A DNA stretch of 52,522 bases, counting the filler, from Catajapyx aquilonaris (Eukaryota): assembly GCA_000934665.2 (NCBI GenBank). It is 3 parts of 3 records of this genome, joined end to end, with 100 filler letters (N's around TTAATTAATTAA, not from the genome) between each part and the next. Parts side by side here need not be neighbours in the genome. Positions count along the whole stretch, not along the records: positions 1 to 17,417 come from JYFJ02006956.1; positions 17,518 to 34,951 come from JYFJ02006957.1; 1 more part is not named here. One strand, 5' to 3'. The position numbers and the translations under genes were made by a program. This document shows, one piece after another, positions 11,800 to 23,626 of this stretch. Within the stretch, counting starts at the first letter, position 1. Each line of letters starts with the position of its first letter. The notes under the pieces were generated by a model. It saw only the letters and a list, made by a program, of their open reading frames with translations, searched no databases and was not told where the DNA came from.

Positions 11800-12352
11800 C
11801 AGGGTGATTCTCCTGAATGGAAACTAAAACATTCCTCAATAACTTTTTAACTATGGTATGGTTCCTGATGAAAAGTGACATGTGCTCACCTTGTATCATG
11901 CCAAACAAGGTCTGACTAAAGAATATACCAAAAGTGGTCCCCTCCAGCATGCAAGAATTTTTTAATGCGAGTCTGCATATTGCTGAAGACTCCTGCAGAT
12001 TGGCGGCGGGCATGGCGTCCATCTCCTGCCCGCCTGCCTGCTTGGTGAGAGGGCATCTCCAGGCCACGGGAACAGTCCAATTAGTTTTGGGGTATGATGG
12101 CCCTTACGGCGGCCCGCGGCGGGAGGGAGATGAATGGCATCACCGCAGCCAATCTGCAGGAGTCTTCGGCAATATGCAGACTCGCATTAAAAAATTCTTG
12201 GATGCTGGAGGGGACCACTTTTGGTATATTCTTTAGTCAGACCTTGTTTGGCATGATACAAGGTAAGTGGAGGTCAATTTTCATCGCGAACCATACCATA
12301 GTTTAAAAGTTATTGAGGAATGTTTGGGTTTCCATTCGGGAGAATCACCCTG
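11800..12352. mobile_element. Long-arm palindromic Tc1/mariner MITE
   Basis: TA-CAGGGTGATTCTCC...GGAGAATCACCCTG-TA; about 230-bp inverted arms. Confidence 0.88.
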
Positions 12353-12372
12353 TATTATTATGTCATCCTTTC

Positions 12373-12638
12373 ACCGAAGCAAGTTGGTGTGGTCGTTAAG
12401 GAACCCGACTGCTAATCAGGAGGTCCTGGGTTCGAATCCCGGGGCCGGCAACCCTGACTGTGGTTTTCTGTGGTTTTCCACGGTCAACCCAGGATAATTC
12501 CAGGGTTGTTTATGTATAATAGGCCACAGCCGCCTCCTTCCTTCTCTATCCTTGGCCCCATCCAGTGGTGGTACTCCACCCCCCTAATGGAGCGCTGATT
12601 CTCCCAATGGGGTATTTAAAAAAATTTAATTAAAAAAA
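12373..12638 (+). mobile_element. Nin/Inv-type SINE copy
   Basis: B box GGTTCGAATCC, A-rich tail, 13-bp TSD ATGTCATCCTTTC. Confidence 0.88.
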
Positions 12639-12651
12639 ATGTCATCCTTTC

Positions 12652-13112
12652 GGCAGTGTCAAAAAGGTAGGGGTGAGAAATGTCAGGTGACAACTGGTAA
12701 TGAGGTGGACAAATAGACACATTGGCCTTCCCCTGCAGCAACACACACATCTTTATGTAGCAAGATCACGAGCCAGGTAGACCCGTTCACCCACAGTTGT
12801 TGCCTTGGGAGCAGGACATGAGTGTGATGATCATTTTTGTGAAAGAGGTGACCTTGCAAATTTCCGTCAGTACCGTAATGATTATTATCACACTCATATC
12901 ATGCTCCCTATACAAAATTTGTATGATGAGTGGGTCCATCTGCCAGGTGATGTCCCTACAAAAAGGTGTTGTGTATGTTGCCACATGTGTCTAGGGTCAG
13001 GGTGATGTGTATGGTCATCCACCTCATTACCAGTTTGGTCCCTCGACATTCCCTCCACCCTCCAACCCCCTCATATTTTCGACTTGTTGTGGGACAACAA
13101 GTACACTGCTGG
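12652..13112. mobile_element. Old palindromic repeat, copy 1
   Basis: Folds back around the core GTGAAAGAGGTGACCTTGCAAA; homologous to 13944-14439. Confidence 0.7.
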
Positions 13113-13409
13113 ATGGATAGCATAACAGCATGAAACACCTTGTACACTCAAAATTCAGAATATGTTGTGTAAAAGACATGTTATGTTACTGTTCTCCTGT
13201 GGTGAAAAAGTGTAATTACGTTCGCATCTTTTATGCCGTTTACTTTTTATACCTGTTATGCATGGCAATTTATTACCATTTAAGTAGGCATGGAAAATTC
13301 ATCAGGATTCCTAGAAAAAGCCAAGAAGGAAGAATAGAAAAGAAAATATTACACATATTTCTTCAGACAAAAAAAAACAAGGGCATGAACTACAGTGTGT
13401 ATCTTACTA

Positions 13410-13937
13410 CAGTTGACTCCGGATATAACAGACTTCAAGGGACCGCAGAAAAAAGTAGCCTATGTTGTAACTGAGGTCTGTTATAGCCAAATTGTCACTT
13501 TTGCAATGAATACATGAAGTTTTCTGCTTTCCATATGCCTATAATAATGCACACTACTACATTTATTGATGAAACTATCCACGAAAATGCCAAATTAGCT
13601 GACCCATAAATTAGGAAGGACCAAAAAAATCTGTAATTTTCTTCTGCCATCTCTGTGTTGCCAAATGTACCAGAAAAAGTATGATTTTGAGTAGCTTAGA
13701 TCAGTCACAGAAGCAAAAATCACCTCTGCTCCAGTATTATCTGCCTTCCTGCGCATAGAAAATGAATTTGAATAATTAAAAACAGCATATTTTCCTACCA
13801 AGGGGCCAAAAAAATCAAGAGTTATATCAAGAGTAAAAATACACAGGGCCTTAATGGAGTATGCCTGGACAGGCCTTTCAAGTCTGTTATACCCGAAAGT
13901 CCTTTATAACCAAGGGTGCTATATACGGAGTCAACTG
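13410..13937. mobile_element. pogo/Tigger-like MITE, long copy
   Basis: TA-CAGTTGACTCCG...CGGAGTCAACTG-TA. Confidence 0.82.
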
Positions 13938-13943
13938 TAGAGG

Positions 13944-14439
13944 GTTCACCGGCAGTCAATGTACTCATTGACCCAAAACAAGTTGAAAATGTAGGGGGAA
14001 GAAATGTGTGAGCAACCAGTAACAAGGTGGATTACCCGACACATTGGCATGCTGCTGACACACACAGCAGTACACACAACACCTTTTAGTAGCGAGATCA
14101 CCAGCCAAGTGGACCCATTCACCCACAGTTGTTGCCTTATCGGGAGCAAGACATAAGTGTGATAATCATTACTGTACTGTGAAAGAGGTGACCTTGCAAA
14201 ATTCCATCAGTAATGATTGTCACACTTATACCTTGCTCCTTAAACAACTTTTGTATGTGACCAGGTCCATCTGCCAGGTGGCCGCCTTACAAAACGGTGT
14301 CGTGTGTGTTGCCACATGTGTCTAGGGGCAGGCTGATGTGTCAGGTCATCTACCTCATTACTAGTTGCACCTTCAACATTTCTCACCCCTACAGTTTCGA
14401 CTTGCTTTGGGTAAATGAGTACGCTGACTGACAGTTGAC
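13944..14439. mobile_element. Old palindromic repeat, copy 2
   Basis: Same core and arms as 12652-13112, same orientation. Confidence 0.7.
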
Positions 14440-14689
14440 TTTCTGGTAAGATACACTCTGTATAATGGTAAGTCTAAGGCACAGGAACTGATATTTTTAT
14501 CATATGGAGCATTTCCATATTTCATTATGGGAGGAACAGGTTATTTTGGGTTGATGAGTAGTTCGCCAATCATGCAGAATACACCTGTCATAAATATGCA
14601 CCTGGAATCAGAAAGTCAAAGAAATGTTTAACTGATGATGTCTACTTATTACTTTTGTTCCTATATAAATTAATTAGTGCAGTTGTATA

Positions 14690-15427
14690 CAGGGTGGGGC
14701 AGAAGTCATGGGCTGGTTTAAACGACACAGCATGGCGTAAGTAACGAACGATTATATATTTTTTAAAATTACACTACCCAGAGAAAGATATGCCATTTAT
14801 GGATCGAGGTCCAAAAAAGTCACTTCTTGAAAACAATACCGGATAGATGTCCACCTTTGCGGGCAACACATATTCCTCCAAACGCCGGACGAAACCCTTC
14901 ATAACGCGCTCCAGCATGTCCAGGGAAATGTTTCTCATGGCGTGTCTTATCTGTTCCTTAAGATCAGCCAATGACTGAGGACGTGTGGCGAACACCAAAC
15001 AAATTAAAAGTCAAGTGTTTCCTGGGAGGGTCATTTCGAGATTTGGGGACATTCCTTGGCCGTCAGGGTCGCCGGATTTGACCACCCCCGACTTCTTGTG
15101 GGGGTACCTGAAGAGTTTGGTGTTCGCCACACGTCCTCAGTCATTGGCTGATCTTAAGGGTCAGATAAGGCACGCCGTGAGAAACATTTCCCTGGACGTG
15201 CTGGAGCGCGTTACGAATAAGGGTTTCGTCTGGCGTTTGAAGGAATATGTGTTGCCCGCAAAGGTGGACTTCTATCCGGTGTTGTTTTCAAGAAGTGATT
15301 TTTTTGGACATTGGTCCATAAATGGCATGTCTTTCTCTGTGTAGTGTAATTTAAAAAATATATAATCGTTCGTTACTTACGCCATGCTGCGTCGTTTAAA
15401 CCAGCCCATGACTTTTGCCCCACCCTG
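14690..15427. mobile_element. Tc1/mariner foldback element built from the transposase 3' end
   Basis: TA-CAGGGTGGGGCA...TGCCCCACCCTG-TA; about 310-bp arms; WPSGSPDLTTPDFLWGYLKS motif in ORF 14985-15344. Confidence 0.9.
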
Positions 15428-15640
15428 TATAAGTTCATGGGGAGAAGTATTGATGTTTGGCTTGGCATTAGCAGGTGGTTAGAGAAAGAAAATATACTCA
15501 AAAAATAAGTACCGGTAATGTGTGTTCGTAAAAATTTGTCTGAAAATGTATTGTGGGGAAAGTGGGATAACCATGAGAAAACTCACTTGAACAAGGAGTA
15601 AATGCTTTGAAACTCTTTCCATGTGAGAAAATGTTATGTA

Positions 15641-15740
15641 CTATATCGCCCAAAAAGATAGAGACGATTTTGCATTTGACTCAAGTGCAACTTGCACTTG
15701 AATCAAATGCCAATCGTCTCTATCTTTTTGAGCGATATAG
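15641..15740. mobile_element. 100-bp hairpin MITE
   Basis: CTATATCGCCCAAAAAGATAGAGACGA...TCGTCTCTATCTTTTTGAGCGATATAG, TA flanks. Confidence 0.75.
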
Positions 15741-15742
15741 TA

Positions 15743-16358
15743 CATGGCTGTACAAAATAGCAGTCCCTTGAACATTTTTCGGCGTGGAAGGCACGCGTGG
15801 ACAGTGCCGGTGAAAGACCTGGTGTGGGTGTGGAGCACTCCCCACCTGAATGATACCGCATGGGGAAATTCCCCACCCGAAATTGGGGAGCAAATGGTCA
15901 AATGAAAAGAAATATCAATAGAAAAAAATTGTCATGCTCGTCATGCACAAATGAAAGATGTTTTTCGGTCCTGAAACGTCTGAAAAATTATCTTCGGACA
16001 ACGATGTCCCAAAATCGATTGAACTATGTAACAATGTTGCATATTTATTCCGAAGAAGTCGACAAACTTGATGATGAACAGTTAATGGACAAATTCATAT
16101 CGAAAAATTCGAAAGGCAGTTCTGTATTCGCACTTTCTCGCAAATAAATGAAAATAATTTTTGGTAATATTGCTCTTACTAATTTATCCCGTAATAATTG
16201 CACTTGTTTTTAATTTCGAAAATGAGATCCCCCCCCCCCCTACTTATTACTCACCACCCGGGCTGAATCTGTTTCACCGGCACTGCGAGTGGAGATAGCT
16301 CCATTCACGCCGCCCATGCTGGAAAACGTTCAAGGGACTGCTATTTTGTCCAGCCGTG
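15743..16358. mobile_element. TA-flanked MITE hosting a hAT insertion
   Basis: TIR CATGGCTGTACAAAATAGCAGTCCCTTGAAC / GTTCAAGGGACTGCTATTTTGTCCAGCCGTG. Confidence 0.78.
15802..16285 (+). mobile_element. Internally deleted hAT element with dimerisation-domain remnant
   Basis: TIR CAGTGCCGGTGAAA; TSD CGCGTGGA / CGAGTGGA; ERCFSVLKRLKNYLRTTMSQNRL. Confidence 0.9.
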
Positions 16359-17114
16359 TACAACCCCAGAGATGGAACTCAGGACTCCAGATGTAGAAGG
16401 CTGTTGTATTAGCCACTACAACACCATGCTCCCCTAAATCTAAAATAAAAATCCATACAGCCATAATATATTATGATGACACATATCTTAAACTACTCCT
16501 GCACCCAAACAGCATACCAATCAACAAATTTTTGAATGGTGGTACCAGATTTTGTAATTCCATGTGGAACTCTCTGACCACCAACCTTATTTCTTCTTGG
16601 TGCACAGCTAGCACCCCTTACTTGTTACCAAAAGTAAGTATCAAATGCTGGGCACAGCTGATTGACACCCTGTAAATGATGGGTCAATGATCCAAAGTTG
16701 GTGCCAAGACCTAGACAAGCAGGATTTTTCTGATGCAACCCATGTGAGGTCGGATGCAAACTTTCCATGATATGCTGTACTACATGATAAATAGCCCATT
16801 ATGTGTAGACCCATGATATATATACTTAAAATGATCACATAGAACTTTTTAACCATCAAAGCTTTGGTGTGTTAAATTTCCACACCCTGTAGAGAAGGAC
16901 CAAGAGGCAAAGAGACAGGGTTGACTGTGAGAGTACTTGACATGGGCTTGCAAAATCTGCTATCACACGTTTAAAAATTTTTTAAATATAAATCTAGTGC
17001 TTGTGTGTTGTGATAGATAACTATATGTTCCATCATGTGGCTATACTGATTTTTGTATGAAATTATTTGAAATAAGTCTAAAACCAAATGGTACGGTTGG
17101 AATACACTAATATA

Positions 17115-17417
17115 CAGGGTGTTTATTGTAACTCTGCAAAGACTTTCAGGGGTAATAGAGGGGACCAAGACAAGCATTTTTGACATAGAAACCCGTGTCC
17201 GGAAACGCCATCTAGAGGGGGTTCATAGACAAGGAACGGGTGCGCTCAGACGCGTCAGGCGAGAGGCGCTAGGAGAGAGGACTGTTTTGTTGGTAGATGG
17301 AGCGCAGTTGTTGCCAGGTAATGGCGTATCGCGTCGTTGTAAGTAAACAACAACACGATACACCATAACCTGGCAACAACAGAACCGCTGTTGACTATCC
17401 GCGAGTCTCCTAGGAGG
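17115..17417. mobile_element. Tc1/mariner-type MITE arm truncated by the contig end
   Basis: TA-CAGGGTGTTT...; reverse complement of 36234-36545. Confidence 0.8.
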
Positions 17418-17517
17418 NNNNNNNNNNNNNNNNNNNNNNNNNNNNNNNNNNNNNNNNNNNNTTAATTAATTAANNNNNNNNNNNNNNNNNNNNNNNNNNN
17501 NNNNNNNNNNNNNNNNN
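17418..17517. other. Artificial contig spacer
   Basis: N44-TTAATTAATTAA-N44, stop codons in all six frames. Confidence 0.97.
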
Positions 17518-19650
17518 ACAGGTGCAAGGCTTGTGTGATTGGCCTTTTTTATCACATAAACGAGCCACATAGGCCTTAGATCTCTGCAGTAGGTAGTTAA
17601 GAATATTCTCCATCATTTTAAAGCGAAAAGCCTATAAACCAGGTAAGTCCACTTACCTCGTTATTGGAGAGAACACTTCAATTGAAAAAAAAATCCCGTG
17701 CTTATACAACAATTTTGTGTCCGCTTGGGTGGGGTTCAAGGAGCTTTACAGGTAATCTGCAGGCTATCCAGGCACCCAAACCATCGCCACTGACTCGAAA
17801 TGAAACGATACAATCAAAACAAGCACGATGAATAAAGAAATTTCGGTCCGGCTAAGACAACCAGTCCCATTCCTGCGTGCGTTCCAGAAAAATTCGAGGT
17901 AATGAATATGTTCTGCAGGTTACCAGAATTAAGTTTATATCAAAATCGTTGGCACTTTTTTCTACATGGCAACAGACGTCAAAACAAGTAATTTGCAAAA
18001 AGAAATGAGTGTCCCAGTCCATGCGTTCACTTTCTATGCGGGTTCAAGGAAAACTGCAGGTATGTTACAGTTTTTGCACGATTGCATGGTAATTTCATGA
18101 GGGATCACTTGGGAACTTTCAGATATTGTTCAGGGGGGCCAATTGAACATATATCCCAAATTTCGTTTAGTAACTCTAAATGTCCAGGTAATATGCTGTT
18201 TGCACTGGACTATATTGACAGTCCCGCCTCGGTCCGGCCGCCCAGCCGCGCGCGCGCGCAGCGCTGCGCCATAATCGCCTCCCCGCGGCTGCTATTCATG
18301 ACGTCGTCATTGTAAAAACTATTTATTAAAAGTGAAAGTGTGCTCTATAACTTTTGTTTGAAACATTTTCCGATCCCACCCCTAAAGGTAGCAGAAACGG
18401 ACATCACATTGTCAACAGCCTGTTTCACGAAAGCTAACTTGCATACTATACGGACCATATTTAAATAAATACACGCGATACCGCCAACGTACTGGTACCA
18501 CAAGAGACAACACTTTATTGGGAACACTTTGCAACAAGTCCCGCAACAATATCTTACTTGAATACCCAGCACGGGTCAAAAATAGGAACGAATGCATAAA
18601 TCAAAAATGGCGGAATTTAAACCAAGATGGCGGCGTTTCCCCATCCGGTAGAGAGTGGGACTCAACGGATTCGTGTTCAGCACCATCAAATCCATATGCA
18701 CACCGGTTTTCAGCTTTCTACCTTGTTTGTCATTCGAAAACCCTAATTTGACTGTACTATATGTGCACTTGCGTTGGTCTCTGCTCCTCCATTTGTGGCT
18801 GGCTGGACCACGGGCAGGGCTGCTTTGGGAGGTATACGCCCGGGTATACGTCACTAGTGGCGAAATACTTACGTTTATGTGTACGTCCCGTGAGCGCAAT
18901 CAAAGAACCTGCTGGGTATCCGTAAATAATTCGATCCCCGCCTTACGGACACACAGCATGCTGGTGTCGGGGAAGCGGCCATTTTTGAGAGCGACAGCCG
19001 ACTTATAGACATACTTGAATCGGTCATTTAGAAAATGGGTCATCTCCTATTTTTGCACAAACTGAGTTTTGACGGATTCACGTTCCTGTGACGTCACCTC
19101 ACCTGTTCCACATAAAAATGGGCCATGTCGCATTCATGAAAGCCTGCTAAGCAGGGGCATGTTACAAAGGCTTCGGGGCGGGACACTGGGCTAGGGCCTG
19201 TGGGATGCGTATGGGAGTGCTGCAGTAGAGTTGGGTCTTTGAGCATTCAGGGCATTGCTTCCCCCTCCCCCCTTCCCCCCATTTTTCCTTCCATACTTGT
19301 TTTTGCTTTTAGAAATCTTAAAATTTGCATAAATTTACCGAAAAACTTGTATTAAATGTACATTAAAATTCAACTGTTGTGAACTATCAGCTTTTCAGAT
19401 CTTATTTGGCTCAGCTTCATTTTAAAATATAAATGTAATTTCTCTAACGTAAATTCTATTAATCGTTTGATTGGAGTTCCTTTTGTGAGGACAGTAAATG
19501 TAAATTCTTGTTCTTGATTAGCTTTTGAATAATTGTGGATGATGAGATACATTGGCGCGGGGCCTTTATGGTCGGGTCGCCGTAACTCTGACACAGCAGA
19601 AGTACGAGGAGCAGAAGTACGAGTAGCAGGCCTACTAGCAGCTTAACACC

Positions 19651-20562
19651 ATGGAGTCTGACCTCACCACAGTTGCGGCCGCCACTGTGACAGAAGCAGC
19701 CTGCGTCACGCATTCATTCCGGCACTTTCTTTTTTCTCTCACCTTGAGTAGTATCGCACTCAAGGTCCCCTTCCCCCTTTTTATTGTGCCCCTCTCCACC
19801 CACATGCTCTGACGTCACTCCCATCATGCATTGTGTTTTGGTAGCATAAAAAGGGGGCTCTCTGTATACTCATGGCCAGTCGTTGGGAGAATACCCTGAT
19901 TGCTGGTCGTGGCCAGTTTTACTGTGCCGGTTTCCTTATACCTGTCCTGACCATTGTTATCCTTTATTTTCCACTTTTTCTCCTTATGTTTCTGTCCTCT
20001 CGTACGTAAATAAATATCTGTACTGAGCATTGAACCCACTGGTGTCTTTTGAACCCGCTACGGTCACACCACCATCCCCGTCTGTTTCTACCATCATCCG
20101 TGGATTGCTCTTTTGGACAGTGGAGCTGTGTCCTCCACGGTATCCTGGTCCGTGTGAGAGGCCATCCCGGAGTCAATACGACCTCCATTGAAGACGGCAT
20201 CGTGGACCCTGCTACGTACGGCTGACACACGTCCCGTCCGCCCCTGCGGGAAGACCATATTGACCTTTTCCCTGGGGGACTTCACATTACAGAAGAGCTT
20301 TCTGGTGGTCCGGACGTCAGTATTACCCGTGGTCTTGGCAGCTGACTTCTTGGTGGCCCTTCATGGCCATTTGGATTTTCAATTGATGATTCTGCATGGC
20401 ACTGTTTTCTCGGAGGAACATTTTCCTGGTCTGCGTCCGCTCTGCGAGTCATTTCAAGTGTTCGAGGAGGTGGAGCTGCCAACCCCCCGCCGACGCCGTG
20501 ACCGTCGTCGCCGCTCCAGCAAGATAAAGAAGAGGAGTTCCCCTGGACATTATATGTCCTAA
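19651..20562 (+). pseudogene. Ty3/gypsy-type aspartic protease ORF interrupted by a solo LTR
   Basis: ALLDSGA active site (Asp codon 20116) and VLAADFL motif; frame restored when the LTR and one TSD copy are removed; in-frame TGA at 20155. Confidence 0.8.
19686..20068 (+). mobile_element. Solo LTR
   Basis: TGTGAC...GTCACA, 4-bp TSD CCAC, TATA-like CATAAAA followed by AATAAA. Confidence 0.88.
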
Positions 20563-20811
20563 GAATTCTATGTCCTCCTCCTCTCCCGTTGTGAACCTGC
20601 TCTGACATTGGCGCTGAAAGTGTTTGTTACGCTTCGAACAGTTATGTGTTGCTTTTTCTTTTGACGAGGACTTTTTCTTTTGTACTGTTTTCATATTTCG
20701 TTGGCCGTCTGAGAACATTACCTGTTTGGTCCTCGTGTATGACATGTTTTCTTTCTTTATTGCCCCTGGTTTTGTAATTGCTTTCTTCTTTTCGTGCTTG
20801 GTCCGGGGGTA

Positions 20812-21128
20812 TGTGACCGTTGGTTTTTCATGTATATAGCAACGTCACGATTGCATCATCCCTCATCTTCTTTCCTACCTCTTGTGACCTGATCCTATTC
20901 TACCCACAATGCTATGCGGGGTTTCCTGCCTATTTAACTCCGCTGCACTTTTGACTCTACGCCTTTTCTCTCTGGCAGAATATCCCTGGAGAACTGGTCG
21001 TCCCACCTCTACCTCTCACCTCACCTTTTCACATCCATTACTGAGACTGAATGTAATTATTCCAACAGCTATTAAACGAGGTATTGAATGAACCCTCTGT
21101 GTTTGTGTCGCCCCTTGTCGGTGTCGAT
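20812..21128 (+). mobile_element. 3' LTR with upstream purine tract
   Basis: GGGGGTA then TGTGACCG; TATTTAA and ATTAAA signals; right end uncertain. Confidence 0.6.
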
Positions 21129-22080
21129 TTGGATGACACTGTCAAGACCTGGTGGCCAGCCTTCTTTAAAAAGAAAGTGCTCTCCATTGACAGTTATGGA
21201 AGAGCAGTCTCTAAGAGAAGAAAGTGTACTTTGCCGTCAACAAATACTATGAATTCATTTTCATGAGTGCAGAACCAGGAGTTGTGATTACCAAGCCCTA
21301 CATCGACAGTATGTTCGAGCAGCGATTTCCGTCGAAGAAACAGGGACGTGATAGCTCCCCACTGTTCATCCCAGATCCAGAAAACAACCCTGCCTACCAA
21401 GAAGAATTCCCATTAATATCAAAAAATAGAGGACGTGAGGAAGCTGTACCAGTACATCCCCGCCGCATACAAGGACTTCTACAATGAAATCATCAATGAG
21501 TGGCCCCGTACTACGGAGGACGAAGCGCCTGAAGAAATGTAGCTTTATCTCTCCCATTTTTCTTCTATTATGATGTACTGTAAGTCCAGTAAGCTTCATC
21601 AGTCTTAGTGGGTATTTCTCTCTTTGATTTAATAAACTTATACATGATTTTGCCATAAAAGTGGACTTTCTTTTTGACAAAATCTACGTTCATTTTGAAA
21701 AGGGGTCATATCCTCATTGGAAAATATTTATTTTTGGCCACCCTGTTCGACCGAATATGATCACACATGCATTTCTATATCCGGTGAAATACCCTGGACT
21801 GGTCGCAATTTATTGTTTCATGTTATCCCGGAATTTTCAACAGTTAAACAGTTTTTTGTTGCTCCTGAAAAATTTGCTTCGCTGGAGATGACCCCTTTTC
21901 CAAATGACCGATTCACTTACAGGTGCTGCCACCCACCCGTATCTTTGCGGGCCTTTCCTTCCCGCAGCCCTTGCGGGAGCGCGACACGATAATTCCACTT
22001 TGGGAGTTGCCGGGGCGACATATTTACGGGCGTTTGCGACTTGCGGGCCTCCCGTAAAGTCCACGAGAATCCGCCCCTAG

Positions 22081-22496
22081 GGGCGTCTTTACACGTTCCC
22101 CAATGTTGAAGCAACTTGCGGGTGACGTCAGGAGGGGCCGGAGCTACCTGCCTGACGAGAGGGAGGCCACCGCCTTCCCCCACCGACTCTTGCAACATGG
22201 CGCCCACGCTCAGAACACCACTCCTTGCTGCTTCTGCGATAGCAGCCACGTCGATTTTGGTCATGTACGACGAGGAGGAGAAGCGGGAGAGGGCAGCTCG
22301 GGCACGATTTTTTTTATTGCGAGCATTTTGAGGATGATCTCGTCAGAGAAGAGTAGAAAGACGTAAGAAAAGGCGGTGGTGGGTGCGACGGTTCATATCG
22401 CGGAGAGATGAAATGGGCGCATTCGCTGTCTTGTACACAGAGCTACGAGTATACAGAGCTACAGTGCTCAACATTGTGGAACGTGTAAAGACGCCC
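22081..22496 (+). mobile_element. Internally deleted PIF/Harbinger element
   Basis: TIR GGGCGTCTTTACACGTTCC; 3-bp TSD TAG; RRWWVRRFISRRDEMGAFAVLYTEL transposase N-terminus. Confidence 0.88.
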
Positions 22497-23626
22497 TAGG
22501 TGTGTAAAATTTGCAAACCGGCATCACTCACGAAAATGAATAGATCAAAGTGTGTAAAGTTACGCAGTGTACTCGAGTCCATTATTATAGCATGCCTAAT
22601 TGCCTATATTCTGCTGCCCTCTAACGGGGCATGCATCGAAGTAAATAAATAAATATAGCCCCACAGTTTGAGAACCGCTGAATTAGGCCTAATAATAATT
22701 GGCAGGTATATCAGCTGGTCCATTCCATCTCAATTCAGGGACAGGCTGTCAAGGTCAGGTCTATTTGTCACTCCAACAAATATGATGTAGTCCTATATCG
22801 ATTGAAAAAAAAAAACGAGGTCAGTCACGAATTTAGTCTGCAACGAAATTGTCACTGACCACGGAATTTTCGACTCGGTTCTCGCCAAAGACTGAAATTG
22901 TGCACCAGGCAGTGAAATGAAAGGCCATATACGGTTAGCATATTAAGTAGAGATATTGTTAGACATTTGAGTAGTTTGAGCCACAAAACATACCGTATTC
23001 ACTTGCATTGTTGGCATCCTGCATGATGTCGTACACCTGTCTTTGTACCCAGTTAAATGTTTGACAAAGATATCAGCAGTTTCCTGGACATAAATCATGG
23101 CTAGATATTTGCACAATTTCTTCTGTGTAAGCATTTCTTTCCTTCCACCCATTTAGTCGTTGGCTTTCATTTGTTACTCACCAGCATTGTCCAATTGACA
23201 AACACATTCTTCGTTCTCTTGATAATAATTTGAACTTGATTTTTTCAGAACTGAATCCGCCATCATTTGCACATTTCAGCCAGGAAGGTTCTCAGACGGT
23301 GGATACAGAGAGAAGTGATCAAGCATCAGGTACGGTAACTTGCATCAGGCCACTTATGGTTTCAGTATAACATCAGCATATTAGGTGCATTGCACCAGAG
23401 CATAAGAGGCATCCTTATTGATAATTGAAAAATTAGACATGATGTAACGATTATGATCTGTGCCGTTATTTAACGCATCACTCCAACGGAAGCTTTGAAG
23501 TATAGGAAGTGTTTCAGTCACAATTTCAGATGCTTTGTTCATGCCTTCTTGTTTAGCAGCTGTGTCATTAGCTGCCTGCAAAATGCAAATTGTTTGTTCT
23601 TGTTTTGAGACGAAACATCTTCACAG

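Larger units (their letters stand above)
15510..16435 (-). mobile_element. Degenerate V-domain-like SINE split by later insertions
   Basis: Body 15550-15625 and head 16361-16435 align with 9225-9387. Confidence 0.55.
19017..21914 (+). mobile_element. Sola-like DNA transposon, deleted, with nested LTR elements
   Basis: About 31-bp TIR GAATCGGTCATTT; 4-bp TSD ACTT; frameshifted transposase-like C-terminus at 21130-21545 (WWPAFFKK...FAVNKYYEF). Confidence 0.75.

Noticed and set aside
11780..12306. Mirror-image ORFs on both strands
   Set aside because: They arise from the palindromic MITE arms
17462..17473. TTAATTAATTAA as a piggyBac target or biological motif
   Set aside because: It is a synthetic linker centred in Ns and repeated identically at 34996-35007
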